Of a stretch of 58,767 bases of DNA, positions 38,240 to 47,008 are shown piece after piece (positions within the stretch are counted from its first letter, which is position 1; each line of letters begins with the position of its first letter). The stretch comes from Candidatus Roizmanbacteria bacterium RIFOXYC1_FULL_41_16 (GTDB taxonomy: Bacteria; Patescibacteriota; Microgenomatia; UBA1406), in contig MGBO01000021.1 of the NCBI GenBank assembly GCA_001788295.1, positions 212,865 to 271,631 of the forward strand, written 5' to 3'. The translations under genes and the position numbers were made by a program. The notes beneath the pieces are model-generated. The model was not told the origin of the DNA and searched no databases. It was given only the letters and a program-made list of their open reading frames with translations.

Positions 38240-39499
38240 CTAAATTTTGATCTTTTTGTGCGGACTAATTAAGGCCAAATTCAGTTTATCCGGTTTTAAG
38301 ATCTGCTTTGCCAGCTCAATCACCTCTTCCAAACTCACCTGATCAATTTTATTAAGAACCGTTTCCAAATCTTTTTCCGACTGATCAAATAATTCCCGTT
38401 TGCCAAAAAAAGAGGCCAGATCAAATGAATCCTCGAGCGCCAAAATCGTGCGGCCCTTAATCATTTCTTTGGCTTTGTTGAGTTCGTCTTTTTTTAGTTT
38501 GGCCTGAATTATTTTTTGCTGCTCCTTAATGATCAAACTGATCGCCTGCTCAATCTTCACTTGGCTGACATTGACGCCGGCGCGGGTATACATGTAGCCG
38601 GTTTCCTCGTAAAGCTCCATCCCTGATTGGATGTAATAACACAGCCCCCGGCGCTCCCGCAATTCATAGAAAAGGCGGCTGCTCATGCCGCCCCCAAGAA
38701 TGGCCGTCAAAACATTAAGACCATATTTGTGACGACTGGAGCGGGAAAAGGCCGGATAACCAATCACAAAATGTGCTTGCTCGGTGGCCTTGGAGATCAG
38801 GTTTGTTTGCGGCCGGGCCTGTTGCTGATTAATGGGGACAAATTCTTGAGTGGGTTTTGGCTGCCAAGATCCAAACTTAGCCTCAATCTGCTCTTTAATA
38901 GTTGATTCCTGACCATTCAAACCACCGGCGACCACCAAGACCGCGTTATTGGGGCGGTAAAGACAATCCATATAATTGGTAAAAGTTTGGCGATTAAAAC
39001 TAGACACGATTTCTTTAGTTCCGGTAGTGGGATAGCCCAGAGGGCTATGAGGAAAAATAATATCTTCAAAAACATCCCAAACCTTGTACTGTGGCAAATC
39101 CTCATACATATTAATCTCTTCAATAATAACTCCTTTTTCACGCTCAACTTCTTCAGATTTTAAAAGTGAATGCAGCAGCATCTCTGACAAAACATCAATC
39201 ACCGTGGCAAAATGCTTTAAGGGCGCCTTAATCCAATAGCCGGTGTGGTCTTTGCTGGTAAAGGCGTTTTGCTGGCTGCCGATTCCGTCTAATAGCGTCG
39301 AAATGGACAAGGCCGACGGATATTTTTGGCTGCCCTTAAAAGCCATATGCTCAAAAAAATGAGCAATGCCGTTGTTTTTCTTATTTTCGTAGCGGGAGCC
39401 CGCGCTCACCAACAGCAAAGTGGCCACTGACGGAAAAGCCTGAGTATCCAATAATAGTACCCGTAGGCCGTTTTTGAGCTTATATTCTGTTTTGATCAT
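38240..39499 (-). CDS. M16 family zinc peptidase
   Basis: HFFEH (HxxEH), NAFT, E.GVIIEE, GGGMSSRLF.ELRE.RGL.Y. Confidence 0.95.
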   Translation of the reverse strand: MIKTEYKLKNGLRVLLLDTQAFPSVATLLLVSAGSRYENKKNNGIAHFFEHMAFKGSQKYPSALSISTLLDGIGSQQNAFTSKDHTGYWIKAPLKHFATVIDVLSEMLLHSLLKSEEVEREKGVIIEEINMYEDLPQYKVWDVFEDIIFPHSPLGYPTTGTKEIVSSFNRQTFTNYMDCLYRPNNAVLVVAGGLNGQESTIKEQIEAKFGSWQPKPTQEFVPINQQQARPQTNLISKATEQAHFVIGYPAFSRSSRHKYGLNVLTAILGGGMSSRLFYELRERRGLCYYIQSGMELYEETGYMYTRAGVNVSQVKIEQAISLIIKEQQKIIQAKLKKDELNKAKEMIKGRTILALEDSFDLASFFGKRELFDQSEKDLETVLNKIDQVSLEEVIELAKQILKPDKLNLALISPHKKIKI

Positions 39500-42024
39500 T
39501 TAATAATGAAGTTTAAAACTTTTCCCGGAACATAAATGTAGCGGTATTTTTGCAAAGCAAGATATTTTATGATTGACTGATGTGATAAAGCCAAATTCAG
39601 GATCTGTTTTTCGTTTTTGGCAATCTGGTTGTCTACCTTTAATAAAGCCCTAATCTTGCCATTAATCGAAATGGGTAGATTAATTTCAAGTTTTTGATCG
39701 TCCAGAGTTATTGAGTTTGGCCAGGCTTCCAAATGGATTGAAGTGGTTTTTTTAAACACTTTTTGCCAAATTTGCTCAGCCATAAATGGCGCAAAAGGCG
39801 CCAGCAATTTTAAGAACTTTTCGGCGTTGTGTTGCGCTAACCTTGTTTTTTGCCAGTCGTTGACAAACTCCATTAAGGTCGAAATTGCGGTATTAAACTT
39901 CACGTTGGTTATGTCCTTGTCCACCTTGTCAATCGTGGTTTGAAGCTTGGCAACAAGCGTTGAGTCCTCTTCGGCCGCTGTCTTGGCTATCTTAGCAGAG
40001 TCATTCAACAACTGATAAACTTTTTGCAAGAAGCGCCTGGCACCAAGCAAATTATTAGTAGACCAACCGATTTCCTGAGAAAAAGGCGCCATGAACATCT
40101 CGTAAAGCCTCAAACTATCAGCTCCGTACTTCTCCACCACCTCGTCCGGATTAATGACGTTGCCCACACTCTTACTCATTTTGCGATGATCTTCGGCCAA
40201 AACCATACCGACGTTTTTCAAACGTAGAAACGGCTCGCGAAAATCAAGTATTTTTAAATCATTTAAAACATGAACCCAAAAACGGGCGTATAAAAGATGC
40301 AGGACCGCGTGCTCGGCGCCACCCAAATACCAGTCGACTGGCAAATAGGGGGAATTGCCTATTGCCTTGCTCCGTAACACCCCCGGGGTGTGGTTTTGAG
40401 CGAAGTGGAGGAAATACCAGCAGGAACCGGCCCAGTTGGGCATCGTGTCGGTTTCCCGCTTGGCCGGACCTTTACAATGTGGACAGCTGACCTTCAGCCA
40501 ATCGCCACTTTTAGCCAAAGGCGACTGACCATCACTACTGGGCTCGTATTTTTGTAAATGCGGTAGTTCCAAAGGTAATTCTGTTTCTTTGATCGGAAAC
40601 CAACCATAAAGATTGGCACGAAATTTGAGTAGACGTTTAAGAGTGGCCTGGTAAAGTTGAGGATTAGTTTTATTAATTTTTTCTAGCTCTATCTCATACT
40701 CTTCTGTATCAAAATAGCTCTTTTTTTGCTCGGCACAGACTTTACAATAAACCATTGGAATCGGTTCGCCCCAGTAACGCTGGCGGGAAAAAATCCAGTC
40801 CCGCAAATGATAATTGATTTGCCAAAGAGCCAGTTTTTGATCAATCAGCCATTGGGCCATTTTTTGCTTGCCCGCTCCACTGGCAGACAAATGATTAAAT
40901 TGATCAGAGTTGATAATTTTGTCGTTTTTAATGACCTCAATAACAGGCAGCTGGTATTTTTTGGCAAAGGCCAGATCTCGCTCGTCGTGAGCCGGAACGC
41001 CCATCACCGCCGCCGTACCAACATTGGAAAGAACATAATCAGCCACCCAAATCGGCACTGTCTGACCATTGACCGGATTGATAGCATAGCAGCCGGTGAA
41101 AACGCCGGTTTTGGCTTTTTCTTCTTTGAGCCGTTGCTCATCGGTTTTGCGTAACGCTTGTTCAACATAATCGTTAACTGCCTTGGGAAAACGTTTTTTG
41201 GCTAAGCCTTCACTCACCCATGAATGTTCCGGGGCCATGACCAAAAAAGTGACTCCAAACAAAGTTTCCCAAAACCTGGTCCAGACAGTAATTGGCTCTT
41301 TCGTATGTTTATCAGTAAAATGGATGTTTAAACCCTTGTCTTTGCCAATCCAATTTTTCTGCATTTGCAAAATGCCATTGGGCCAATTTAAATCTTTAAG
41401 AGTCGAAAGCAAGCTGTCGCTGTAGTCGGTAATTTTGAAAAGCCACTGAGGTAAATTTTTACGGGTAATCGGTTTGCCACATCTTTCGTGAGTGCCGTTA
41501 GCCAAAACTTCCTCCTCGGCTAAACCGGTACGGCAGCTGTCACAATAATAGACCGGGGTATTTTTTTTATAGAGCAAGCCCAAGCGGAAAAACTGCAAAA
41601 ACAATTCCTGGGTATGACGATAGTATTGCGGATCAGTCGTCGATAACTGCCGTTGCCAATCGTAAGACAAGCCCAGCCGCTGCATCTGCTTTTTGAAATT
41701 GATAATGTTTTGCGGCACCATTTCCATCGGATTTTTTTTGGCTTTGATGGCCGCGTTTTCGGCCGGCAAACCAAAAGCATCAAAACCCATTGGGTGCAAC
41801 ACGTCGTAACCTTTCATTCGTAAATAACGCGCCAAAACATCAGTACCTGTATAAATACGAACGTGACCAACATGCAATCCAGAGCCTGAGGGATAAGGAA
41901 ACATCGCCAAAACATAACGTTTTTTTTCCGGTCTTGGCTGGCTGGGTGTTTGGTAAATCTTGTTTTTTTCCCAATAAACCTGCCAACTATCTTCAAATTC
42001 CTGAGGAACATAAGCAGTTGTCAT
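39496..42024 (-). CDS. leuS: Leucine--tRNA ligase
   Basis: MFPYPSG.GLHVGH, GFDAFGLPAENAA, SRQRYWGEPIP, RETDTM, GGAEHAVLHLLYARF, KMSKS. Confidence 0.98.
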   Translation of the reverse strand: MTTAYVPQEFEDSWQVYWEKNKIYQTPSQPRPEKKRYVLAMFPYPSGSGLHVGHVRIYTGTDVLARYLRMKGYDVLHPMGFDAFGLPAENAAIKAKKNPMEMVPQNIINFKKQMQRLGLSYDWQRQLSTTDPQYYRHTQELFLQFFRLGLLYKKNTPVYYCDSCRTGLAEEEVLANGTHERCGKPITRKNLPQWLFKITDYSDSLLSTLKDLNWPNGILQMQKNWIGKDKGLNIHFTDKHTKEPITVWTRFWETLFGVTFLVMAPEHSWVSEGLAKKRFPKAVNDYVEQALRKTDEQRLKEEKAKTGVFTGCYAINPVNGQTVPIWVADYVLSNVGTAAVMGVPAHDERDLAFAKKYQLPVIEVIKNDKIINSDQFNHLSASGAGKQKMAQWLIDQKLALWQINYHLRDWIFSRQRYWGEPIPMVYCKVCAEQKKSYFDTEEYEIELEKINKTNPQLYQATLKRLLKFRANLYGWFPIKETELPLELPHLQKYEPSSDGQSPLAKSGDWLKVSCPHCKGPAKRETDTMPNWAGSCWYFLHFAQNHTPGVLRSKAIGNSPYLPVDWYLGGAEHAVLHLLYARFWVHVLNDLKILDFREPFLRLKNVGMVLAEDHRKMSKSVGNVINPDEVVEKYGADSLRLYEMFMAPFSQEIGWSTNNLLGARRFLQKVYQLLNDSAKIAKTAAEEDSTLVAKLQTTIDKVDKDITNVKFNTAISTLMEFVNDWQKTRLAQHNAEKFLKLLAPFAPFMAEQIWQKVFKKTTSIHLEAWPNSITLDDQKLEINLPISINGKIRALLKVDNQIAKNEKQILNLALSHQSIIKYLALQKYRYIYVPGKVLNFIIK
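40369..40391. repeat. REP-like palindrome family 1, copy inside leuS
   Basis: GCTCCGTAACACCCCCGGGGTGT; read as HTPGVLRS. Confidence 0.92.
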
Positions 42025-42057
42025 ATCCAGAAATTATAGCAAACAAATTAAGAATAA

Positions 42058-42309
42058 TTAGTGACTAAAATTGACGTACAGGTTGCGTTCGGCCGAGGCA
42101 ACATTGAGAGTGTGACCATTTAGTTTCTCCATTGCCTCTCTGGCCTCATTTAGATTGCTCATTTCCACAAAACCATAACCGCGAGAACGACGGCGCTGAT
42201 CTTTGACAATCTCGACTTTGGCCACTAAACCGACCTTGGCAAAAACCTGTTTGAGATCAGCTTCAGTCGCGGGATAAGGAATGTTGCCAACATAAAGTTT
42301 GTTATTCAT
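42058..42309 (-). CDS. RRM (RNP-1) RNA-binding protein
   Basis: KLYVGNI (RNP2), SRGYGFVEM (RNP1). Confidence 0.93.
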   Translation of the reverse strand: MNNKLYVGNIPYPATEADLKQVFAKVGLVAKVEIVKDQRRRSRGYGFVEMSNLNEAREAMEKLNGHTLNVASAERNLYVNFSH

Positions 42310-43321
42310 GTTTGAGCTTGGACTTTAGAAATAATAATAGCACAAACGCGAAAATAAACAAAAGCAAAACCGTTTTAGTGAGCTTGATTGGCAGGGCCCA
42401 GAATTCGCTCTGACCAAAAATCTTTTGATTGGCGCCGGCAAAACCGATGTCAGCCGACAACTGATATTTGCCAAAATAAAAACCGCGAAAAACCGCGCTC
42501 GGCTGAGTTTGACAATGCCCACAACTATCCAACTCCCGTGTCGTCAGCAATCGTTGCGAACTGCTCAAAACATTAACGGCCAGCATTTTTTTGCTTTTAT
42601 TAATCCCAAAAGGGCCTTTGACCTGAATCTTTGCGTCCGGAGTAATTAAAAACGCACCGGTATTGGCCAGTTTTAAAACGACCGGAACTTCGTCGGTAGG
42701 CTCAACCACTAAAAAAGTTTTGCCAAAAAGCCGGAACTGGTAACGCGGAACAATTTGAAACTGGGCCACCTTGACGCTCGACGGAGTCAGGCCGGTGTTA
42801 GTAACACTGATTAAAATATTGGCGCCAATCATGGCGCTTCCGCGGCCGGTAGTGGCCTGACTTGTAGGCGGCTCGCTAACCATTAATAAGGTGTAATAAT
42901 AGTCCCCTTCAGGCGCGTTGTCTGTGGTTCGGATTTTCACAATTGCCTGAGCAGTGTCGCGACTGGGCAAAAAGAATTTGTCGCCCAGCCTTTTGTCCGA
43001 ATTTTCCAAAGAAAAGCGAACTGGACCCTCGGCTTGATCCAATAATTGCAGATTGCCCTGATCACCGCGAGGCTTAAAGGAGACAATTTGAAATGAAAAA
43101 ATGCCGGGATCGCCCTGATTTTCAAAATTAAAAGCCTTAATCAGGCTGATATCGGGTTTGCTTAAAATATGCACCTGTGGTGGCAAAACGCTGATTTTAA
43201 CTTGTTGAGCCCTTGCTGATTGGGGCAAAACCAAAATTAAGAGCCAGATAAATAAATTCAGTACTTTGGCGCTTATTGTCAGCCCGTAACACCCCCGGGG
43301 TGTTGTTTGTGATTTTTTCAT
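42302..43321 (-). CDS. DUF916-like (WxL-partner-like) surface protein with C-terminal TM
   Basis: Signal peptide, SVLPP, P.GDYY, L.NTG....P...I, GKY......F, FWALP + TM; paralogous to 49302-50282. Confidence 0.65.
   Translation of the reverse strand: MKKSQTTPRGCYGLTISAKVLNLFIWLLILVLPQSARAQQVKISVLPPQVHILSKPDISLIKAFNFENQGDPGIFSFQIVSFKPRGDQGNLQLLDQAEGPVRFSLENSDKRLGDKFFLPSRDTAQAIVKIRTTDNAPEGDYYYTLLMVSEPPTSQATTGRGSAMIGANILISVTNTGLTPSSVKVAQFQIVPRYQFRLFGKTFLVVEPTDEVPVVLKLANTGAFLITPDAKIQVKGPFGINKSKKMLAVNVLSSSQRLLTTRELDSCGHCQTQPSAVFRGFYFGKYQLSADIGFAGANQKIFGQSEFWALPIKLTKTVLLLFIFAFVLLLFLKSKLKHE
43277..43305. repeat. REP-like palindrome family 1, copy in the 5' end of the DUF916-like gene
   Basis: TGTCAGCCCGTAACACCCCCGGGGTGTTG, exact 29-bp reverse complement of 25722-25750; read as TTPRGCYGLT. 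Confidence 0.93.
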
Positions 43322-44031
43322 TAGAATTTGGGCAGGGCAATAAATCTTAATACGGTTTGGTAAGTGCCGGCTTCCTGGGTATTGTCGATATTGATTTTGG
43401 CAGTAATGACTGACTGGCGATTGCGAGCCGCCTGACTTGATTCCATAAAAGTGACTGGTGAGGTGGAAAACGGCCGGAAATAATCGGCGCTGCCATTGAA
43501 ATCGGCACTGACATCGTGGCCGGTGACATTATAACCAAAACCATAGACAGCACTGGAAATCCAACTTTCGGCTGTATCGGCATCACAATACGGATTGTCG
43601 CAGGCCGTATCCTCAATCCAGGTATTGCCATCGAAAGTCTGTAATTTGTGATCCTGATAAACCATGACTTCATAACCTTGGCCGCGGTGAGTAATTGTGG
43701 CAGTGAGCTGTTCGGTGACTGGCGTGCCGGGAATCAAAGTGCCAAAATCCAGGGTGGTATCGGACAATTCAAAAGAAAAAGGATAAAGAATGTGAATATA
43801 TTGAAAGCCGGCCCGAACAATATAGCCGTTTTCTTCCCAGCGCTTGGCCACGGTTTGGCCCAAGGACATGTCCAATGTGTAGTTAGGAGAACCAGTAGTC
43901 CGACCGCCCATATTAATGTTGGTAAAAACAAACTCGTAACTGTCTGAACCCATCCGATCGGCCATAACTTGACTGATTGACAAACTCAGAAAAACTAAAA
44001 TAATCAACCAGAACTTAATTAAGTTTTTCAA
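43321..44031 (-). CDS. Secreted WxL-like beta-sandwich protein
   Basis: Signal peptide, LDFGTL.P, GY.V, C-terminal KINI...QEAGTYQT.L.FIA.PKF; TTG start at 44031 inferred. Confidence 0.65.
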   Translation of the reverse strand: MKNLIKFWLIILVFLSLSISQVMADRMGSDSYEFVFTNINMGGRTTGSPNYTLDMSLGQTVAKRWEENGYIVRAGFQYIHILYPFSFELSDTTLDFGTLIPGTPVTEQLTATITHRGQGYEVMVYQDHKLQTFDGNTWIEDTACDNPYCDADTAESWISSAVYGFGYNVTGHDVSADFNGSADYFRPFSTSPVTFMESSQAARNRQSVITAKINIDNTQEAGTYQTVLRFIALPKF

Positions 44032-44707
44032 TGTAATCTTCAAAACTATCAAAAGCTTTTTCCAGCTCCTCAACTTTGTGCTTGAGGTATTCCAAATCCG
44101 AATCGCCCATAAAGTTTTTCAAGCGATCGTTGATGTCATCCAGATGACTCTGAAAAACTGTATTTAGAAAAATCAACGTCTGCTCTTTTTCATACGCCTG
44201 AAGATTATTGCTTTTTTGCCTGGCTTTTTCCAAATGTTTTAATTCATTTTTCTGCTGAAAATAACGCCGTTGCAAATCACCCAAATATTTGGCAAAAGGA
44301 GCGATAAACGGTAACGACAATACCGGTAACAACTCTTTGAGATTGGCGCTGAAATTACTCAAACTCAAAAACATAATTACCAGAGTAATCGTGAGAACCA
44401 AGCCCACCAACGGATCCAAAATCAAGGCCACGGCAAAGAGCAAAAAATACAGCAAGAAGAAAAAGGGCGACACTACCCCGCCGGTTGAAAACACAGTAGA
44501 GGTAATGATAAACACAAACAGCCAAGCTTCAAAATACAACATGCCGCTGGAATGACCAAACCGGCGCTTGGTAAAAAAGTAGATGATAAAAAGCAGCGCC
44601 ACCAGCTGCAAATCGTATTTAGCAAGAGAAGAAACGCTGAAGATTACGGCTAACACCAAAGTGAAAACAACTCCGATAATTTGAAAAATCAGTGGTTTTT
44701 TTGGCAT
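44015..44707 (-). CDS. Integral membrane protein with C-terminal coiled coil
   Basis: Several TM helices including TGG..SPFFFLLYFLLF; TATAAT 6 nt before the ATG. Confidence 0.8.
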   Translation of the reverse strand: MPKKPLIFQIIGVVFTLVLAVIFSVSSLAKYDLQLVALLFIIYFFTKRRFGHSSGMLYFEAWLFVFIITSTVFSTGGVVSPFFFLLYFLLFAVALILDPLVGLVLTITLVIMFLSLSNFSANLKELLPVLSLPFIAPFAKYLGDLQRRYFQQKNELKHLEKARQKSNNLQAYEKEQTLIFLNTVFQSHLDDINDRLKNFMGDSDLEYLKHKVEELEKAFDSFEDYIEKLN

Positions 44708-44803
44708 ATTCTCATTATATAAGATTAAAAAAAGAGAAAGTCACAAAATCTTGCGGTGTAAAAACTCTTGTGTCTTTAGGAGAAACAAGGTTACATTGAG
44801 ACT

Positions 44804-45377
44804 ATGAACAATCAGGCATTACCCAAGCTCTTACTATTGATTATGGGTTTGGCGGCTTTTTCAGCAGTGATCGCTTTAACTGGAATTGTTCAGCTTAGTA
44901 GCCTAAACAAGCCGGCTCTTAGCCAGTCCCCGATTAAAATCACCCGAAACCGGGCCCCAGCCAATCCCTTAATTATTGATGTGGAAGGCGCGGTAGAAAA
45001 ACCCGGAGTCTACGAACTAAAAGCCAACAGCCGTTTGCTTGACGCCATTAAAAAAGCCGGCGGCCTCAGTAGCAGTGCTGACAGATATTTGATTGCCAAA
45101 ACCTACAATCTGGCTAAAAAACTAGCGGACGAAGAAAAAGTGTACATGCCATTTTGGGAGGAAAGAGACAGCAATGTCTTAGGAACCTTTACCAGTGATT
45201 TGACTTATATTAATTCTGCCAGCCTTACCCAACTGGAACTGTTGCCTGGAATTGGGCCGGTGCGGGCGCAAAAAATTATCGACAGCCGGCCCTATAGCCA
45301 GCTTGAAGAATTAATCAGCAAAAAGGTGCTGGGAGAGGCAACTTTTGCCAAACTGAGCGGATTAATTGGTTTGTAAA
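44804..45377 (+). CDS. comEA: Competence DNA receptor ComEA (SLBB + HhH); CDS ends at 45376
   Basis: IDVEGAVEKPGVY, R..DAI..AGG, NLA..L.D, INSAS..QLE.LPGIGP..A.KII. Confidence 0.95.
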
Positions 45378-46165
45378 TGATCGATTATTTGGTCAGGCCT
45401 TTTTTCCAATATTTACCCACTGATCTGGGGGCAATAGCCGCCGCCATGATTTGGGGCCAAAAGCAATATTTAACCAGCCAACAGTATCAAGTTTGGCAAA
45501 CAACCGGCTTATTGCATCTACTGGTCTTGTCTGGCCAAAACATTACTTTATTGGTCAATTTTCTGCAAATCTTTACCAAACGCTTGGGTCTAAAATGGCA
45601 ATTATTGATTACTATTCTGGTGGCTATATTTTATCTGGTTATTTTTGGAACCGAAGCGCCAATTGTGCGCGCTTCTGTGATGGCTATTTTGAGCTCGCTG
45701 GTTATTTTTGAACAAACCACGACCCCACCTTTATATTTGTTGTTGTTGACTGCTTCTTTAATGGTGATTGTCAAGCCAGAGTGGCTAACCAGCTTGTCTT
45801 TTCAGCTATCGTTTGCTGCCACTTTGGGGATTTTGGTTTTTTATCCGTATTTTCAGGCCAGATTTAAGTTCAAATCGGCACTCTCGAAGATGTTTTTTGT
45901 CTCGCTTTCGGCCCAACTCTTAACCACTCCCCTTTTGCTAGTCACTTTTCGGGAAATCTCAGTTCTGGCTTTATTCATTAATACTCTGGTGGCGTTATTA
46001 GTGGAGCCGATTATGCTGGTAGGCATTATTACCAGTTTGGCCGGCAACTGGATAGACATAATTAATATGGCTTTAAGTCTGATTTTGTTTGGCTTGCTGG
46101 GAATACTGAACTGGCTGGTGAATGTTTGTTACCCGCTAAGTTTATTGATGCAATTGCGGATATGA
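45377..46165 (+). CDS. comEC: ComEC/Rec2 competence domain (channel half)
   Basis: GLLHLLVLSGQNI, P.VRA.VM, SFQLSF.ATLGI. Confidence 0.93.
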   Translation: MIDYLVRPFFQYLPTDLGAIAAAMIWGQKQYLTSQQYQVWQTTGLLHLLVLSGQNITLLVNFLQIFTKRLGLKWQLLITILVAIFYLVIFGTEAPIVRASVMAILSSLVIFEQTTTPPLYLLLLTASLMVIVKPEWLTSLSFQLSFAATLGILVFYPYFQARFKFKSALSKMFFVSLSAQLLTTPLLLVTFREISVLALFINTLVALLVEPIMLVGIITSLAGNWIDIINMALSLILFGLLGILNWLVNVCYPLSLLMQLRI

Positions 46166-47004
46166 GAACAATTTTGATTTTGGTAATCATAGGGGTCGTT
46201 TCGGCTATTTTTGTTCTATCCAGCAATCAGGCCAGGACCGCTACCAGAATCGTTTTTTGCGACGTGGGCCAAGGCGACGCCATTTATTTACGCCTGGATT
46301 CACAAATCGATGTTTTGATTGACAGCGGACCTTATTCTCAAATAATAAGTTGTTTAAACCAAGAGATGCCCTATTTTGACCGCACTATTGAGCTGGCTTT
46401 TCTCACCCATCCGGAAAAAGATCATTTTGGCGGCTTTCCCTATCTTTTGGGCAGCTTCAAAATCCAGGCGCTTTATTTACCCACATCTGTTAGAAATAAT
46501 TTGCCGTCAAACGAGCCTTGGCAACAATTCTGGCAACAGGCAAAAAATAACATTAATGAAATCAATTATCTGTCTCAAGGAGACGAGATCAGTATCGGCA
46601 CAAGTTTGTTTACTATTCTTTGGCCAGAAGCAACGTCGACAGAATCCAAAATCCAGGAATACAATAATTCGGCTTTGGGAATTTTGGCTCAGGTAAAGGA
46701 TAAACAAATTCTGCTGCTGTCGGATATGGACATTGCTCCAGCCGAAAGAGCGATCTCTCAACTCAATCTTAACGTGGATATTTTCAAAATCAATCATCAC
46801 GGCTCAAAATATGGCCTTTCTCAAAAATTATTAAAGTTAGCAGACCCGCAATTGGCAGTGATAAGCGTGGGTAAGCAAAATTGGTACGGCCACCCGCACA
46901 ACGAGGTTATTCAACTATTACAAAGCCTTAACGTTCCCATCAAGCGAACTGATAAAAATGGAAAGATTGTCCTACCGCTCTATTCCATTCCCGATATGGA
47001 TTAG
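46162..47004 (+). CDS. ComEC-type metallo-beta-lactamase domain protein (nuclease half)
   Basis: FCDVGQGDA, LIDSG, THPEKDHFGG, HHGSK, ISVG..N.YGHP; ATGA overlap with comEC. Confidence 0.92.
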   Translation: MRTILILVIIGVVSAIFVLSSNQARTATRIVFCDVGQGDAIYLRLDSQIDVLIDSGPYSQIISCLNQEMPYFDRTIELAFLTHPEKDHFGGFPYLLGSFKIQALYLPTSVRNNLPSNEPWQQFWQQAKNNINEINYLSQGDEISIGTSLFTILWPEATSTESKIQEYNNSALGILAQVKDKQILLLSDMDIAPAERAISQLNLNVDIFKINHHGSKYGLSQKLLKLADPQLAVISVGKQNWYGHPHNEVIQLLQSLNVPIKRTDKNGKIVLPLYSIPDMD

Positions 47005-47008
47005 GCGG
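46981..47008. repeat. Palindromic repeat family 2, copy spanning the ends of two convergent genes
   Basis: TATTCCATTCCCGATATGGATTAGGCGG; supplies the C-terminal YSIPDMD and stop of the MBL gene. Confidence 0.75.

Noticed and set aside
3435..46165. Stop-codon reassignment (TGA read as Gly/Trp)
   Set aside because: Conserved genes are full length in the standard code, and several end in TGA with ATGA coupling.
45377..47004. comEC as a frameshifted pseudogene
   Set aside because: The second ORF has its own ATG in an ATGA overlap and an N-terminal hydrophobic anchor, consistent with a genuine two-gene ComEC.
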